A stretch of 64,000 bases of DNA from Octopus vulgaris (lineage: Eukaryota). The notes below the pieces were generated by a model, which was given only the letters and a program-made list of their open reading frames with translations, was not told where the DNA came from and made no database searches. Positions 26,056-37,839 of this stretch are shown in pieces. The first letter of the stretch is position 1; the number at the start of each line of letters is the position of its first letter. The stretch lies in assembly GCA_951406725.2 (NCBI GenBank), contig OX597828.1:38564001-38628000 (forward strand), read 5' to 3'. Made by a program: the position numbers and the translations under genes.

Positions 26056-29000
26056 ATGTAACTTTTGCTGATTAAATTAAAAAATAAAATGATATACTAA
26101 TGATTTCTTACATTAATTATGATGCCACATATCTATATTGAAGAGGGAAAAGTAATTGAATCAGCTCTCATTGTATTTCTGACATGTTTTTGTTGACCCC
26201 AGATGAAAGGTCAAGTTAGCTTTGATAGAATTCGATGTATAATCATGAAACTAAACACAGGAATGTATTTAATTTAACAGACTTCATGTTTCTAGCTCCA
26301 AGAAACATCTCATGGATACTCTTGGGATGCGCCATCAGTGATGCTTCTGGGCTGTTAGTAGGGTTGGGATCTTTTGGGCACCAGATCACCTGAGCAGGCT
26401 AATCACATTTCTGATTGGAAACAGAATATCTGATGATAACAAAAGAGACTTGTTTAATAACAACATTGATATCAATATCAACAACAGCATTGCCACATAA
26501 GAAGCACTGGTGCCACATAAGAAGCACCGGTGCCACGTAAAAAAGGCATTGGCGATGGTGCCACATAAAAGACACTGGTGATAAGACCACATAGAAAGAA
26601 ATGGTAACGGTGCCTCAAAAAAGCACCCAGTACACTCTGCAAAGTGGTTGGCAATTAAGAAGGGCATCCAAAGGCAATGAGTTGGCAGAGTCGTTAGCGC
26701 ACTGGGCAAAATGCTTAGCAGTATTTCGTCTGTCTCTACATTCTGATTTTAAATTCCACCAAGGCTGACTTTGCCTTTCATCCTTTCAGGGTCGATAAAT
26801 GAAGTACCAGTGAAACACTGGGGTCAATGTTATCGACTGCCACCCCCACCCCCAAATTTGAGGCATTGTGCCTCCAGTAGAAAGGATTAAGAAGGGCATC
26901 CAGCTGTAGAAACTATGCAGTGAGCCAGCAGAAACGTTAGCATGCCTGGCAAAATGCTTAGCGGTATTTCGTCTACTGTTATGTTCTGAGTTCAAATTTC
27001 GCCAAGGTCGACTTTGCCTGTCATCCTTTCGGGGCTGATTAAATAAGTACCAGTTATACACTGGGGTCGATATAATCGACTTAATCCATTTGTCTGTCCT
27101 TGTTTTGCCCCTCTGTGTGTAACCCTTTGTGGGCAGTAAAGAAATATGAAACTATGGCCAACCAGACATTTGGCACTTGGTGCTGCTCCTCACCTTGCCA
27201 GTTCCTATCAAACCATCCAACCCATGCAAGAATGGAAAATAGATATTAAGTGATGGTGATGATGATGATGGTGGTGGTGGTGGTGGCGATTATGATGATG
27301 ATCAACAACATTACTAACAATATCACCTAGATAAGTTGTTCTATTTCTTGTTTTATTTGTTGTTCTTGTTGTTGTGGCCATCGTTAAAACTATCAATAAT
27401 AAAAGGCATAACTGAAACTAGTTTTTTTTTTATCTTTTTAGAATTAGACGAAGGGCTGGAGTATATCTTTTAGGAACAGGTGGTGTGATTCCCAGGCGTT
27501 CTTCAGGTAAGTTACATCTTGTATGCAACCAAATAATTCTTTTAAAAAATAAAAATCTGCTATTTTCTTCAAATCTTATTTTCAATAAATATCATTAAAT
27601 TTTATAAGATACAGGTATGACTGTGGTATAGCTAAACAGTTAATTAGATCCTACTTGTTAATCAAAGCTCCTGCTTCGTCAGATTTCATCACACCGTCCA
27701 CAGACATGGCTGCTATTTCTAGCTTCAACCTGCTAGAAAGTGCAACTAGATCTCTCTTGGATTGCATCTTACCCTTTTGAAAGGAGAAAGGATGCACTGG
27801 ATAATGTCACCCTAGATGACCCAAGAAAGACGAAGAGGTCGTGTCATGACAGGAATATCTTTGATCATAGGTCTGTTTGATCAAAGCTGACCTGGGGTTA
27901 AACAACGACTAACTCCCACCACCACTCAGTCATCTCTTTTTCTCTCTCTCTCTTGTCTTCCCCCCCGTCGAGACTGCATCATTACTGTCCCATTGTCCTC
28001 TTCTGCATCCCTCTATCCTCCTCATCTCACATCTCAGTGGCCATCACCCTTCAACTCTACCCAGCTATTTTTACATCTTCAGGTTACCTCTGCATCCCCT
28101 CATTTTCTCCCCATACAATCTTAGAAACCTTCCACCCCACCCCAACCACTTCTACTTAGCTTGTGCCTTGAGTAGAAGGGTGGTGTTGGGGCGGGGGGGG
28201 GGCTTCTGGACACCTCATCTCTAATGTCGGTCTCTTTGCAGTTCCTGCTGACCATTCTCTCCTTACCCTACTAAATGTGAGTAACCAGGCAGCTCTTTTA
28301 TGAGAACCTGCTCTGCTCCTCCCTCCTCTTCTCTTACACTTTAACTCCTCATCCCTTAACATAGAAGCAACCCCCACCACCACCTCCTTCAGGATTTGTA
28401 AGCTGCATGGTCACCTCAATAATGCTAGTGGTGCAAAATGCAAAATAAAAAAGCTGCCAGTACACGCTGTAAAGTAGTTGGCTTTAAGAAGGACATTCAG
28501 GTGTAGAAGCCATGCCGAAGTAGACACTGCTACCCAGTGCCAGCCGTTGGACTCAGCAGATCTTGTCAATCTGTCCAACCCATGCCAGCATGGGACATGG
28601 ATGTTAAATGATGATGATGATGATGGTAGTGGCAGCGGCAGTGGTGGCGGTGGTGGTGGTGGTGATGGTGATGATGATGATTATGATAAACGATAGATCT
28701 AGGCTTGAATGTGTGGTTAAGAAGCTTGCATCACAACTACATGGTTCTGGGTTCTGGGTTCAATCCCTTGGCGTGGTGCCTTTGGACAACTGTTTTCTAC
28801 CATAACCTTATGCTGACTAATAACTCGTGCATGAAATTTGGTTGATGGAAACACTAAAGAAGACCAATGTATGTATAACTAATGGCATTTACTAGGCCTC
28901 AAAGTTTATTACCATACCAAAAATGGGGGGGGAACCCTCACTTTTTGGGGTCCAATGATCATATGAATCACTAAATACAATTTAAGGGAGAAAACAGAAC

Positions 29001-32000
29001 TAAAATATTTCTAATCCATATTTATTTTTTTTTTTGCTTTCTTTTTTTATTTGTAGTATATCTTGAGACAGCTTGTCTCTATAATGAGAGAATAGTTCTT
29101 CACCCATTCAGTTATCGGACACACACCCACTCGCATGGTAAGTCAAACAAAATTTGCAATAACATTTACTTACTCGAGGTTCCACTGTCATCAATAATGA
29201 TTTAACCCTTTTGTTACCAACCCGGCTGAAACCGGCTCTGGATCTGAGTACAAATGTTTTGTTTTCATAAGTTTTGAATTAAAATCTTCCACCAAACCTT
29301 AGTCACCATTTATGTTCCTAACACTAGCTGAATGATAACTAAGTTATTTCACTAAATTCTTTGTTATATTTAAAGGAACTGAAAGAAACACAGAGCATCT
29401 CAAAATAAATACAGTAACGAAAGGGTTAAAGTATCAATGAGGGCATGCTTGCATTGGAAACCTGTGGTTATTATCATTGATATTTAGCATATGAGATATA
29501 GTTGCAACTAGGAATTTGGTTGAGGAAACTGTGTAGAAGCTTGTTGTGTGTGCATGTGTGAGTGCGTGCATGTGTGTGTGTATTTTGTTGGCAGAGAGTC
29601 ATATCATTCATTTCCAATATTTTGCAAGAACCTGTCTGGACATGGAAAAATTTTACATTGCCCATTTCAAAAAGATATACAAATAAATTATTTTTTATGT
29701 GCCGTAGTGTTGGGGAAAGGCTGTAATAACTGTTTAAGTTTTAGAGCTGAGATAGCTAACAGAGTGGAGTTTAAAACTGAGCGAGTGCTGTGTACGTATT
29801 TGAAGTTGACAGTGGTAATGGCGACGGTGGTGGAGACATCCTACACTGCTGGTGTATATTAGCGTCGTCATGGCTGGATCAGGAACATGGTTGGCTGACT
29901 GGTCGTCTGTCGCTAGAACTGGAACATGGCTGAGTCACTCGGTGGTCAGAGGTTAGTCCTGAAAAGGACTGGAACATAAGACTGGTGTTGCTGGAACATG
30001 GTTGAGTGTTCTGTAGTCAGTGACTAGACCTTAGAAGGTCTAGAGCCAAAAAGCCTGGAATAGTGAATGCTGGCGCTTTATAAAGCCTGGGGTAGGCTCA
30101 AACAAGGCATCTGAAAAACAGTATCATGAGACCTTATCCGAAGGCCGTGATTGGTTGGCTTACACATTGGCGCGAAATAAGTCGAGAGACAAACTGTACC
30201 ATTGCCAACCAATCAGAGCAGTGAACACAACAGGATCAAACTAGCCAAAGATGGTTGTTATCTCACACAAGATCATTTCTAATATATCTCTCAAACTGTG
30301 AGGATATCAGTTACGCTACAGCTATATGCATAAATTGTATTGGATTGTTATTAAAAATAAGATTGATGTTTATAAACTGTATGTATAAGAGTTCGTAAAT
30401 GAGAAGGAATAACAAAAAAGAATGCAATTGGAATAAACAGGTTTATACACTCAATATTGCTGAATTTTTAAAATTATTTTTACCATTTTCTCTTTGTTGG
30501 TAATAAATTTCGAATCACCTTTCAAATCATTGTCAAATCATGTCTTTTGTCATCTTGTGCAGGTAAAGTCGTATCTGGTTATCTAATTCACAATGGGAAA
30601 TGGCATGAACTTGGACGCAAAAACCCACAAAAACCCCAGGTAAATAATTTGATATCATTTTTACAGGCTCAGAATTGCTGAAACATGAAACAAATTACCA
30701 GCATCAGTTGTTAGCAGTTGAGGCCCTACATCCTTCAAAACGGCACACTTGACGCACCACTGAACGACTTATTCACTGTTCTCTTCCTCAGCATATTCTA
30801 TGAATTTCTGGTTTCTTTCTCTGACTAATTATAGTTCCCCCGAGATTGTGTACAATAAGTTCATTAATTTATTATTATTTTCTAATATTATCATTATCAT
30901 TAACATCGTCGTCTAGGAAGGTGGGGAAGACTGACAGAATTTTACAGTTTGTGGCATTTAGTTATTTGGAATTCGAGCCATTCTCAGATTGACTTCCCAT
31001 CTAGGGTCAGTGACGAAGTAAAAAAAAAAATAATAATCCACTCCTAAAATGCTACAATTGACTTGAACAGCCTATAAAATCAGTGGATCTAACTTTATAT
31101 AAGATATCATTATACATACGCACACACGTACACAATGCTTAAAACGTATATAAGATTAATCAGCCGAAATTGCGAAGACGATCCGGTTCTTGACTGAAGA
31201 TTGAAGGCTTCGAATGTCCCGTCCGTGTTTTTTGTATCGTCTTCTAAATGTTTCACGTTCTTGTCCCAGTTTGTATTTTTTTACATTTACATATATGTAT
31301 ATGTAGCCGAGTTGTTTTTTTTTTTTTTTTTTTTATTTTAATTCGAAGTTAACCCGTCGCTACAAGAAATTCGAAAAAATAATTCCAAATAAATGTATTG
31401 TTCAGGGGAGAGAACTCGTACGAATTGTCATTTCTAGCGATGTGAAGCAGAAAGCAAACCGAATGAGAGGAGAGGGAAAAGGAGAGGAAAGGAACAAGAA
31501 TATCGTGGATTTGACTTAAAATACAATGAAAGTGTGTAAAGGCAGCAGTACAAGAAAAGCCAAAACAGCGATCCATAATGTTCACTCTGCTGAAAATATT
31601 TTTGGTCCTCCAAAGTCGTCTTGGTGTATAATTCGAGCTACTTTTTTCGGGTTTTCTGTTTCTTTGGGGGGTTTTTTGTGTGTGGTGGGAGTAAAGAAAA
31701 TTTTGGTATGAAAGTGTTGGATTAACCTTTCATTACCAACCCGGCTGAAACCGGCTCTGGATCTGAGTACAAATGTCTTGTTTTTAATAAGTTTTGACTT
31801 AAAATCTTCCAACAAACCTCAGTCACAATTTATGTTCCTAACACTAGCTGAATGATAACTAAGTTATTTTACTAAATTCTTTGTTATAGTTAAAGTAATT
31901 GAAAGAAACACAGAGCATCTCAAAATAAATACGGTAACGAAAGGGTTAAGGAAACAAGGTGTCAATGGGAGTGAGAAGGGCACCACCGCAAGAGAAATCC

Positions 32001-32267
32001 CTTTAAACTTGCTAAGATAATAATCCGAGTGGTTTATATGATCGGAAGTATAATTTCTAAGTGTTCATGGTGACATAGCAAGGATCTGATCAAAGACTTT
32101 GCAATTAAAAAGAAGGAGTTTTAAATTGTTTAATTTTTAATCGCTATATATGTATTGTTTACTTGTTGTAAAACCCATTGTATCGTCCTGTTTTTGTCTT
32201 TTATGTTGTATGTGTTTTAATGTAAATTTATGTAAGCCCTTGTGGCCAATAAACGAATTTATTATTA

Positions 32268-32317
<50 letters not shown>

Positions 32318-34042
32318 GTTATTTTTAGTTTTGCTGTATTCCTGTATTTTTCTATCCTTCAGATGTTTTACAATACAACAACTTCAGGTCTGGAGATCAG
32401 GAGAGGTGACATCCTTGTAAGTACCATACTTATTCATATCCTAAACAAACTGACCAGAGACTGATTCATTCTCTCTGTTCTTCCTGCAATGATTTTTAGA
32501 AAATTCTATTGTCTGCATTTTAAAATTTTGGGGATCTTTTCTGTTTGGCTGTCACTGTTCCATTTTTTAAATTTTTGTTCCAATTGATTTCATATTTGGT
32601 GTATTTGTGTAGTTTTCTAAAGTAATCATTGACATGACATTCATTTTCACCATAAATCAATAAATAAAGAGTTAATAGCTTTTAAAGTTTGCAAATTTTG
32701 AGTAATTTTACCCAGTTCAAAGCCACAGACATATAGGTGCCTGTTTCTATAGTAACAAGTTAAGCTTTTACCAAGCTGCTTACCATGTCTTCTTTTTGTC
32801 GCTTATTGAATGCTTACAACACATCTGGTCTGAAGTGATCATGAGATGTGCTAAAAATAATAGCTAGATAGGCCTTAGATTACAGATGATTTTTTTTTTT
32901 TTTTTGCATAACCATATGAATTCCCATGTGTAGAAGACAAATTTACAAAAAATTTCCAAAAATTCCCCAAAATAAAAAAAGTTAAGGGGTTATATGGTGT
33001 CCATAGAGCAGAATTTTGCCAATATTTCACTTTTTTTTTTTACAGTTGACAACACATGCAGTCATGTACAAAATGACAGCTTCCAAATCTTGTTTTCTGA
33101 CTGGGTAAAAATTATCAAACTTTAAGCCACTGTAACTTTTTCTTTTTTTTTTCTGGAAAAAGTGAATTACCTCTTGAGATTCAGCATGAAAAATTACATC
33201 AATATACCAAATTTTAAAATTTTCATTAAGCTTAGAAATTTCTACAGGTGCATCCAGACAGAAAAGGTTCAATCTTTCTTTCCTGAATAAGTAAGGGTGA
33301 AGGTTTTTTGCCAAATGGGTTAGAGGGTCGAACTCACAGTTGCAAGATAACGGTTTCTAATCCTAGACTAGGCACTGCATTGCATTCTTGATCAAAACAC
33401 TTCATTTCGCATTGCTTTAGGGAGTGTTGTGATCTTGGTTGCTTGTATGCCATGGAAACCAGACAGCCAGCTCTATTTTTATGTATATTTATATATATAT
33501 ATATATATTTATATCTTATAAATATTTTTTTAAATATTCATATGTGTCGATATGTATTAATATATGCATGTGCATTTTAAGTTGAATTTATAACTGTATG
33601 TGTATGATTGCCTAATTTGAGTTTATATCTTATATATATATCATCATCATCATCGTTTAATGTCTGCTTTCCATGCTAGCATGGGTTGGATGATTTGACT
33701 GAGGATTGGTGAACCAGATGGCTGCACTGGGCTCCAATCTGATCTGGCAGAGTTTCTAGAGCTGGATGCCCTTCCTAATGCCAACCACTCTGAGAGTGTA
33801 ATGGGTGCTTTTACATGCCACCAGCACGAGGGCCAGTCAGGCGGTACTGGCAATGGCCACGCTCAAATGGTGTTTTATACGTGCCACCTGCACAGGAGCT
33901 AGTCCAGCAGCACTGGCAACAACCTCGCTTGAATGTTTTTTCACATGCCACTGGCACAAGTGCCAGTAAAGTGCCGCTGGTAAAGATCAAACTCGGATGG
34001 TGCTCTTAGCTCTCCACTAGCACTGATGCCAGTCATAGAATT

Positions 34043-34083
<41 letters not shown>

Positions 34084-36757
34084 AATAGACATATATATGT
34101 CATAAATACATGAGTGTGTGTGTGTCAGTGCCTGTGTCTGTCTGTGTGTGTTGTCTGTGTGTGTGTCTGTGTGTGTGTCTGTGTGTATGTTTATATTTAT
34201 GTTGCTCATTATTGAAATATTGATTTTTCAGGCTGCTCGCTGTACCATGGTCAATAAGGAAAGTCATGATATCTTTATTGGGTAACTATCGTTTTTTGTT
34301 ATTTTATTTCATGAGATACAAGCATGGCTGTATGGTTAAAAAATTTGTTTCCCGGTTACAGTGTTTGGGGATCATGTCCCACTATGTGAAGCCTTGGCCA
34401 AGTGTTGCTACTATAGTCCTGGGCCAACCAAAAGTTTTTGTGAGCAGATTTGGTAAACAGACGCTGAAAGCAGCCCATTGCAAATATATATGTATGTATA
34501 TATCTTTGTATGTATGTATGTGTATATGTATATGTGTGTGTATGTGTGTATGCATGTATTATTATCATGGGTTTGAGGAACATCTCACAGAGACTCTGAA
34601 TGTATGATCAATGAAGTTCCTGGGACCACACAGCATTTCAAGTCTTTTTAACATCAGAATTCCTTGCCTAGTTGCCCCAGATTAGACAGGGTTGATAAAG
34701 ACCTGGCTTACATCCCAACAACAACAACAAACTAGGGGTCTCCCCTCTTTATCCAGAATCAGCCTTTAATTTTTCATCATTATCATCATATTTTGAAGTG
34801 GTTGAGATTCACAGAACAGGTTTGCACTATTCATCCTCTTGGTCAGTGAATACAAAATGTGGTTCAAGGGCCTTTGTTTAGGTGATTTTCTTGAGTCACC
34901 ATCTCACCCTAGCATGCCAGGCCATTGCAGGGTTACCCATTTACACCCAAGAGGACTGGAGCAATGTGAAATGAACTGTTTTGCTCAAGAACACAATGTG
35001 CCACCTGGTCAGGGAATTGAACCCACGATCTAGGGGTCATGAGTACAACATCCCAACCCCTAAGTCACGTGCCTTTTCATTCTGACCAGTAACTTTTACT
35101 TTAGATTCAGTGATGGATATGTCCCCACCGTCTCTTCTCTGCACCAATGATTCCAGGTATAGTTAGCCTTGCCTTTTCACCCCAGTCCAACAGTCTACTT
35201 CATCTCATTCACACATGCTCATCAGCTTCAGCCTCTCTGTTTTACTAGCTCCTCGTATCTAGCAAGCTTTCTGTCATGAACTGTCTTCATATGCCCTGGG
35301 ACATATTGGTTGAAGTCATTTCTCCTCTTATTACTGGTAGGGCAGAAACCCTGAAGATAACTATATCAGGACAAATTGTTGTTGATGGAATTCTCTCAAG
35401 TGTACATTATATTGCCATCATCAACAACATGTAACATTCATTTTCCATGCTGACATGGGTTGGATGGCTGGACAGGAACTGGCAAGGCCAGTGGGGCCAC
35501 ACCAGGTTCCATACTCTGTCTTTGGCTTGCTTTCTACAGCTGATGCCCTTCCTAACATCAGCCACTTCACAGAGTGTACCAGCTGCTTTTTACGTGATAC
35601 TAATACTCACACCAGTGCTTTTTATGTGGCACCTTGGCTTCAGGATCTCAATTCTGTTGTGGTGAGTAGGTAATCTTTTGTACAGCAATGTATCACATAT
35701 CTCAGTCCTCTGTCATCTCTTTTCTAAGACTCAGCATTTTGAGATCAGCCTTCAATACTATCCTGAATTTCCCATAATATACCACATCTGATAGCACGAA
35801 AGAGCGATGGTTATATTATATGCATTCTAATTTCAGCAACCCATATTCAAGGAAAAACGTTTTTAGTTCATTTAAGTTTATGGGAGGCCCAACTTTGCAT
35901 ATAGGACCAAGGGAATTGTTGAGACATTTTGGGGGGAGAAAAAATGTGCGTCTTAAATGCTGTCAAATACAGTAATATACTCAGCTGTGGAAATGAGTTG
36001 CAATGTCACTGGTGTCAACTGTATCTGCCTTACCCTTGGGTAACATTGGTGGCATGGAGAGGAGAGGTTGGTTGGTATTCATGGGCGACTTCTGGTCTTC
36101 CATAATCAACCTTGCCCAGATTTGTGCCTCGGAGGGGAACTTTCTAGGTGCAATCCCATGGTCATTTATGAATGAAGGGGATCTTTGCCCTTCTTCCCCT
36201 TTACAGAAATATAATATGTTTAAACATGCTAAAACAAACTTATGTTTTTAAAATTTTTCTAATTATCATTTTTTCTCTTTCTATATCTTTTTTTCTCCTA
36301 AAACAAATGCATAAAATGCATGATTAAAATTAACAGACCAACCCAAAATAATGAGATGTGCAATTTCTACGTGATGTACTACGTTGATGGTGCCCATATT
36401 CCAGAAGATAATTACTGCATGTCACCAGGTCCATTGCGCTGGTCTTGGAGGAATTTCTATTTCCAGCGACGCTTCAAGATGTCGAATGCTCCAAATACGA
36501 TAAGTGTTGAACCAGAATCTGGCACGTATTATGCTCAAGAGATTTTGCAGAATGAAAAGGAAAGCAAAGCTGAAGATGGCGAGGGTGTGGGTGAGGAAGT
36601 GGAAAAAGCAAAAGGAGAAGACGAGGAAATGCAAAATGATGAACAGATGAGTGAAATGAGCAACTTGTTGCATCTGCTGCGTGAAGAGGAAGAGAAAGAA
36701 CAGGAAGAGGAGATAAAGCGAAGAATTCAAAGATATCAGAAGCTGATGACCAAGTAA
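4870..36757 (+). CDS. PHM: Monofunctional peptidylglycine alpha-hydroxylating monooxygenase, 422 aa: join(4870..4986,10373..10427,12517..12604,14159..14280,23488..23577,25812..25860,27442..27506,29057..29137,30563..30639,32363..32416,34232..34281,36337..36757)
   Basis: Exons sum to 1269 nt with consistent phases and GT-AG introns. Signal peptide [23 protein letters not shown]; in-frame TAA just upstream of the ATG. PHM motifs: [19 protein letters not shown] (CuH His-His), [14 protein letters not shown] (CuH His), YRTHTHSHG (CuM His-x-His), GKVVSGY, GDILAARC, NEMCNFY (CuM Met). Confidence 0.95.
5775..6180 (-). mobile_element. tRNA-derived SINE family A; other copies near 5345, 10800-11340, 13583-14090, 19879-20330, 49800-50262, 57030-57562, 57858-58165, 58372-58760, 61150-61318, 62095-62490
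   Basis: Pol III A/B-box-like head (TGGCTGTGTGGT..GGTTCAGTCCC), CORE-like CCTTGGGCAAGTG, internal microsatellite, tail CAGTCAAATGACTGAAAC(AGTAAAAG)n. Confidence 0.88.
6415..6640 (-). mobile_element. SINE family B (MetaSINE-like), (ATT)n-tailed subfamily; many copies, e.g. 6675-6890, 12680-12890, 18397-19160, 26675-26885, 38820-39470, 40240-40670, 52870-53470, 55085-55530, 61858-62075
   Basis: tRNA-like head with GAGTTCAAATTCC B box; central GCCTTTCATCCTTTCGGGGTCGATAAA..AAGTACCAG resembling the Meta domain. Confidence 0.85.
7860..8330 (+). repeat. Two tandem copies of an old ~210-bp dispersed repeat (family E); also near 10580, 27700, 41700
   Basis: Shared AAATAGCAGCCAAATC...TGACCTGGGGCTAAACAAC pattern. 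Confidence 0.6.
10373..10427 (+). CDS. PHM: PHM coding exon 2 ([18 protein letters not shown])
   Basis: ttttccAG acceptor, GTAAGA donor, DTYxC motif. Confidence 0.93.
10846..11073 (+). mobile_element. SINE family B, Tx1-tailed subfamily, nested in a family A SINE; same subfamily at 26918-27147 (+) and 41067-41320 (-)
   Basis: 14-bp TSD AGAAACTGAAAGAA at 10829-10842 and 11074-11087; tail TTTGTCCCCTCTG..GCAGTAAAGAAAT. Confidence 0.88.
12517..12604 (+). CDS. PHM: PHM coding exon 3 ([29 protein letters not shown])
   Basis: tttcAG acceptor, GTACGT donor, HH copper ligands. Confidence 0.95.
14159..14280 (+). CDS. PHM: PHM coding exon 4 (WNCGEM...[16 protein letters not shown])
   Basis: ttttaAG acceptor, GTAAGT donor, ILYAWA motif. 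Confidence 0.95.
15712..16345 (-). mobile_element. 5'-truncated RTE-clade LINE (ORF end plus family C 3' UTR)
   Basis: Translation [40 protein letters not shown] is a typical RTE C-terminus. Confidence 0.85.
16540..17277 (+). mobile_element. Mariner transposon 5' fragment, degenerate
   Basis: [41 protein letters not shown] and [10 protein letters not shown] motifs, with stops. Confidence 0.88.
17278..17861 (-). mobile_element. Tc1-like transposon 5' fragment
   Basis: TA|CAGGGGTTGGACAAAATAATGGAA terminus; HTH region [28 protein letters not shown]; RKPLLS. Confidence 0.85.
20903..22130 (-). mobile_element. Degenerate Tc1/mariner transposon, maT/DD37D-like
   Basis: TA|CAGGGTG left end, partial right TIR (GGTGACAATTT); transposase [28 protein letters not shown]. 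Confidence 0.8.
22442..23303 (+). mobile_element. 5'-truncated CR1-group LINE: uninterrupted ORF2 C-terminus, 3' UTR, (TATCAAAG)3 tail
   Basis: [35 protein letters not shown] motifs; stop at 23211; 8-mer terminal repeats; TA microsatellite on both sides. Confidence 0.92.
23488..23577 (+). CDS. PHM: PHM coding exon 5 ([21 protein letters not shown]...)
   Basis: tttcAG acceptor, GTGAGT donor, VGFxVGG and LQxHY motifs. Confidence 0.95.
23667..24260. repeat. Compound (CAT)/(TCT)/(CAC)/(CAG) trinucleotide array with an internal ~75-bp duplication (~23757 and ~23978)
   Basis: Direct reading. Confidence 0.9.
24456..24705 (+). mobile_element. tRNA-derived SINE family D; also 54636-54930, degenerate copies near 33315 and 34950 (-)
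   Basis: Head GGAGGCACGTGGCCTAATGGTTAGG..GATTCC; body GTGTTCTTGAGCAAAACACTTCATTTC..TTGCTCCAGTCCACTCAGCTG. Confidence 0.75.
25298..25418 (-). ncRNA. Type I hammerhead-like motif with 88-nt stem II
   Basis: CATCTCT-CTGAGGA-AGT..ACT-GAAAC-ATGT-GTT-ACGGATG followed by AATAAA. Confidence 0.55.
25812..25860 (+). CDS. PHM: PHM coding exon 6 ([16 protein letters not shown])
   Basis: ttgtAG acceptor, GTAAGT donor, DxSG motif, phases fit. Confidence 0.9.
27442..27506 (+). CDS. PHM: PHM coding exon 7 ([22 protein letters not shown])
   Basis: ttttAG acceptor, GTAAGT donor, AGVYL motif. Confidence 0.92.
29057..29137 (+). CDS. PHM: PHM coding exon 8 (VYLETAC...[12 protein letters not shown])
   Basis: ttgtAG acceptor, GTAAGT donor, RxHTH copper motif. 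Confidence 0.95.
29206..29425. mobile_element. piggyBac-type MITE with TTAA TSD; same family at 31726-31945, 60801-61019 (inverted) and 63866-64000 (partial)
   Basis: TTAA|CCCTTT...AAAGGG|TTAA termini; copies near-identical internally. Confidence 0.9.
29722..30320. mobile_element. LTR-like segment (~600 bp)
   Basis: TG..CA ends with imperfect inverted termini (TGTAATAACTG / CAGTTACGCTACA), purine run GGGGAAAGG just 5', TATAAA at ~30079, opposed CCAAT boxes; no TSD found. Confidence 0.45.
30563..30639 (+). CDS. PHM: PHM coding exon 9 ([26 protein letters not shown])
   Basis: tgcAG acceptor, GTAAAT donor. Confidence 0.95.
32363..32416 (+). CDS. PHM: PHM coding exon 10 ([18 protein letters not shown])
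   Basis: ttcAG acceptor, GTAAGT donor. Confidence 0.93.
34232..34281 (+). CDS. PHM: PHM coding exon 11 ([17 protein letters not shown])
   Basis: tttcAG acceptor, GTAACT donor, AARC motif. Confidence 0.93.
36337..36757 (+). CDS. PHM: PHM terminal coding exon ([15 protein letters not shown]... acidic tail, TAA)
   Basis: aacAG acceptor at 36335-36336, EMCNFY motif, stop at 36755-36757; AATAAA candidates near 36842 and 37298. Confidence 0.92.
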
Positions 36758-36776
36758 ATTACTAAATCAAAAGAGG

Positions 36777-36832
<56 letters not shown>

Positions 36833-36952
36833 ATGAACACAAATAAAAAACAAAAAAAACAGGGATGTCCCACTGTTACTTGTTATGGTTGTGTTATACT
36901 ACTACTATTCTTACTGTAACTATTACTACTACTACAGCTAATAATAATTATG

Positions 36953-37016
<64 letters not shown>

Positions 37017-37182
37017 TAATAATTCAACAAACATACAAAATGGGGTGAAAAAATGTATAAATTTCATCAGACATTCTATTTTTCCTGACATTCCTTTTTC
37101 TTAAGGTTTCATGCATGTGCACACATGCACACATACACACACACACAAACATATATGTATGTATATATATATATATATAATC

Positions 37183-37268
<86 letters not shown>

Positions 37269-37480
37269 TGTATAGGACAGTTCTTTGTTGAATGTTCAAA
37301 TAAAACTGTGTTAATTGATTAAATTTTATTTCATCTGATCTCAAGTCTTATCTTTAATTTAATGAACTTTAAGTATATATGTAAAGGTATATGTGTGTGT
37401 GCATATATATATATATATGCATACTTACATACATACGAATTTGGATTTTCTATAGTTGTTCAATCTGTTGAAATAGTGCA

Positions 37481-37614
<134 letters not shown>

Positions 37615-37839
37615 TATATAACTGGAATTCTTCAGTAAGATAAGTTATGATTTTTTTTTCATTAATATTCTTATATTTTATTCAATTATTTATTGTTAAG
37701 ATATGTATATTTATTTGTTAATTATTATATGTTAAGATACATACATTAATTTTATTATTATTTTAGACCTGAAGAGTGGCTATATTTTTAAATCAAATTA
37801 ATTTTAATAATATCATACATTAATTTTATAATTATTTTA

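Noticed and set aside
26500-26630. Short spaced repeats (GGTGCCACATAA)
   Set aside because: Internal tandem repeats of the RTE 3' UTR in a eukaryote; not a CRISPR array
31516-31720. Minus-strand stalk-like peptide, in-frame TGA, then hydrophobic [21 protein letters not shown] (GPI-like tail or readthrough?)
   Set aside because: Interrupted by a MITE; after removing it the frame hits another stop; no splice sites or recognisable homology
32500-33320. Possible non-autonomous DNA transposon remnant
   Set aside because: No termini, TSD or second copy identified
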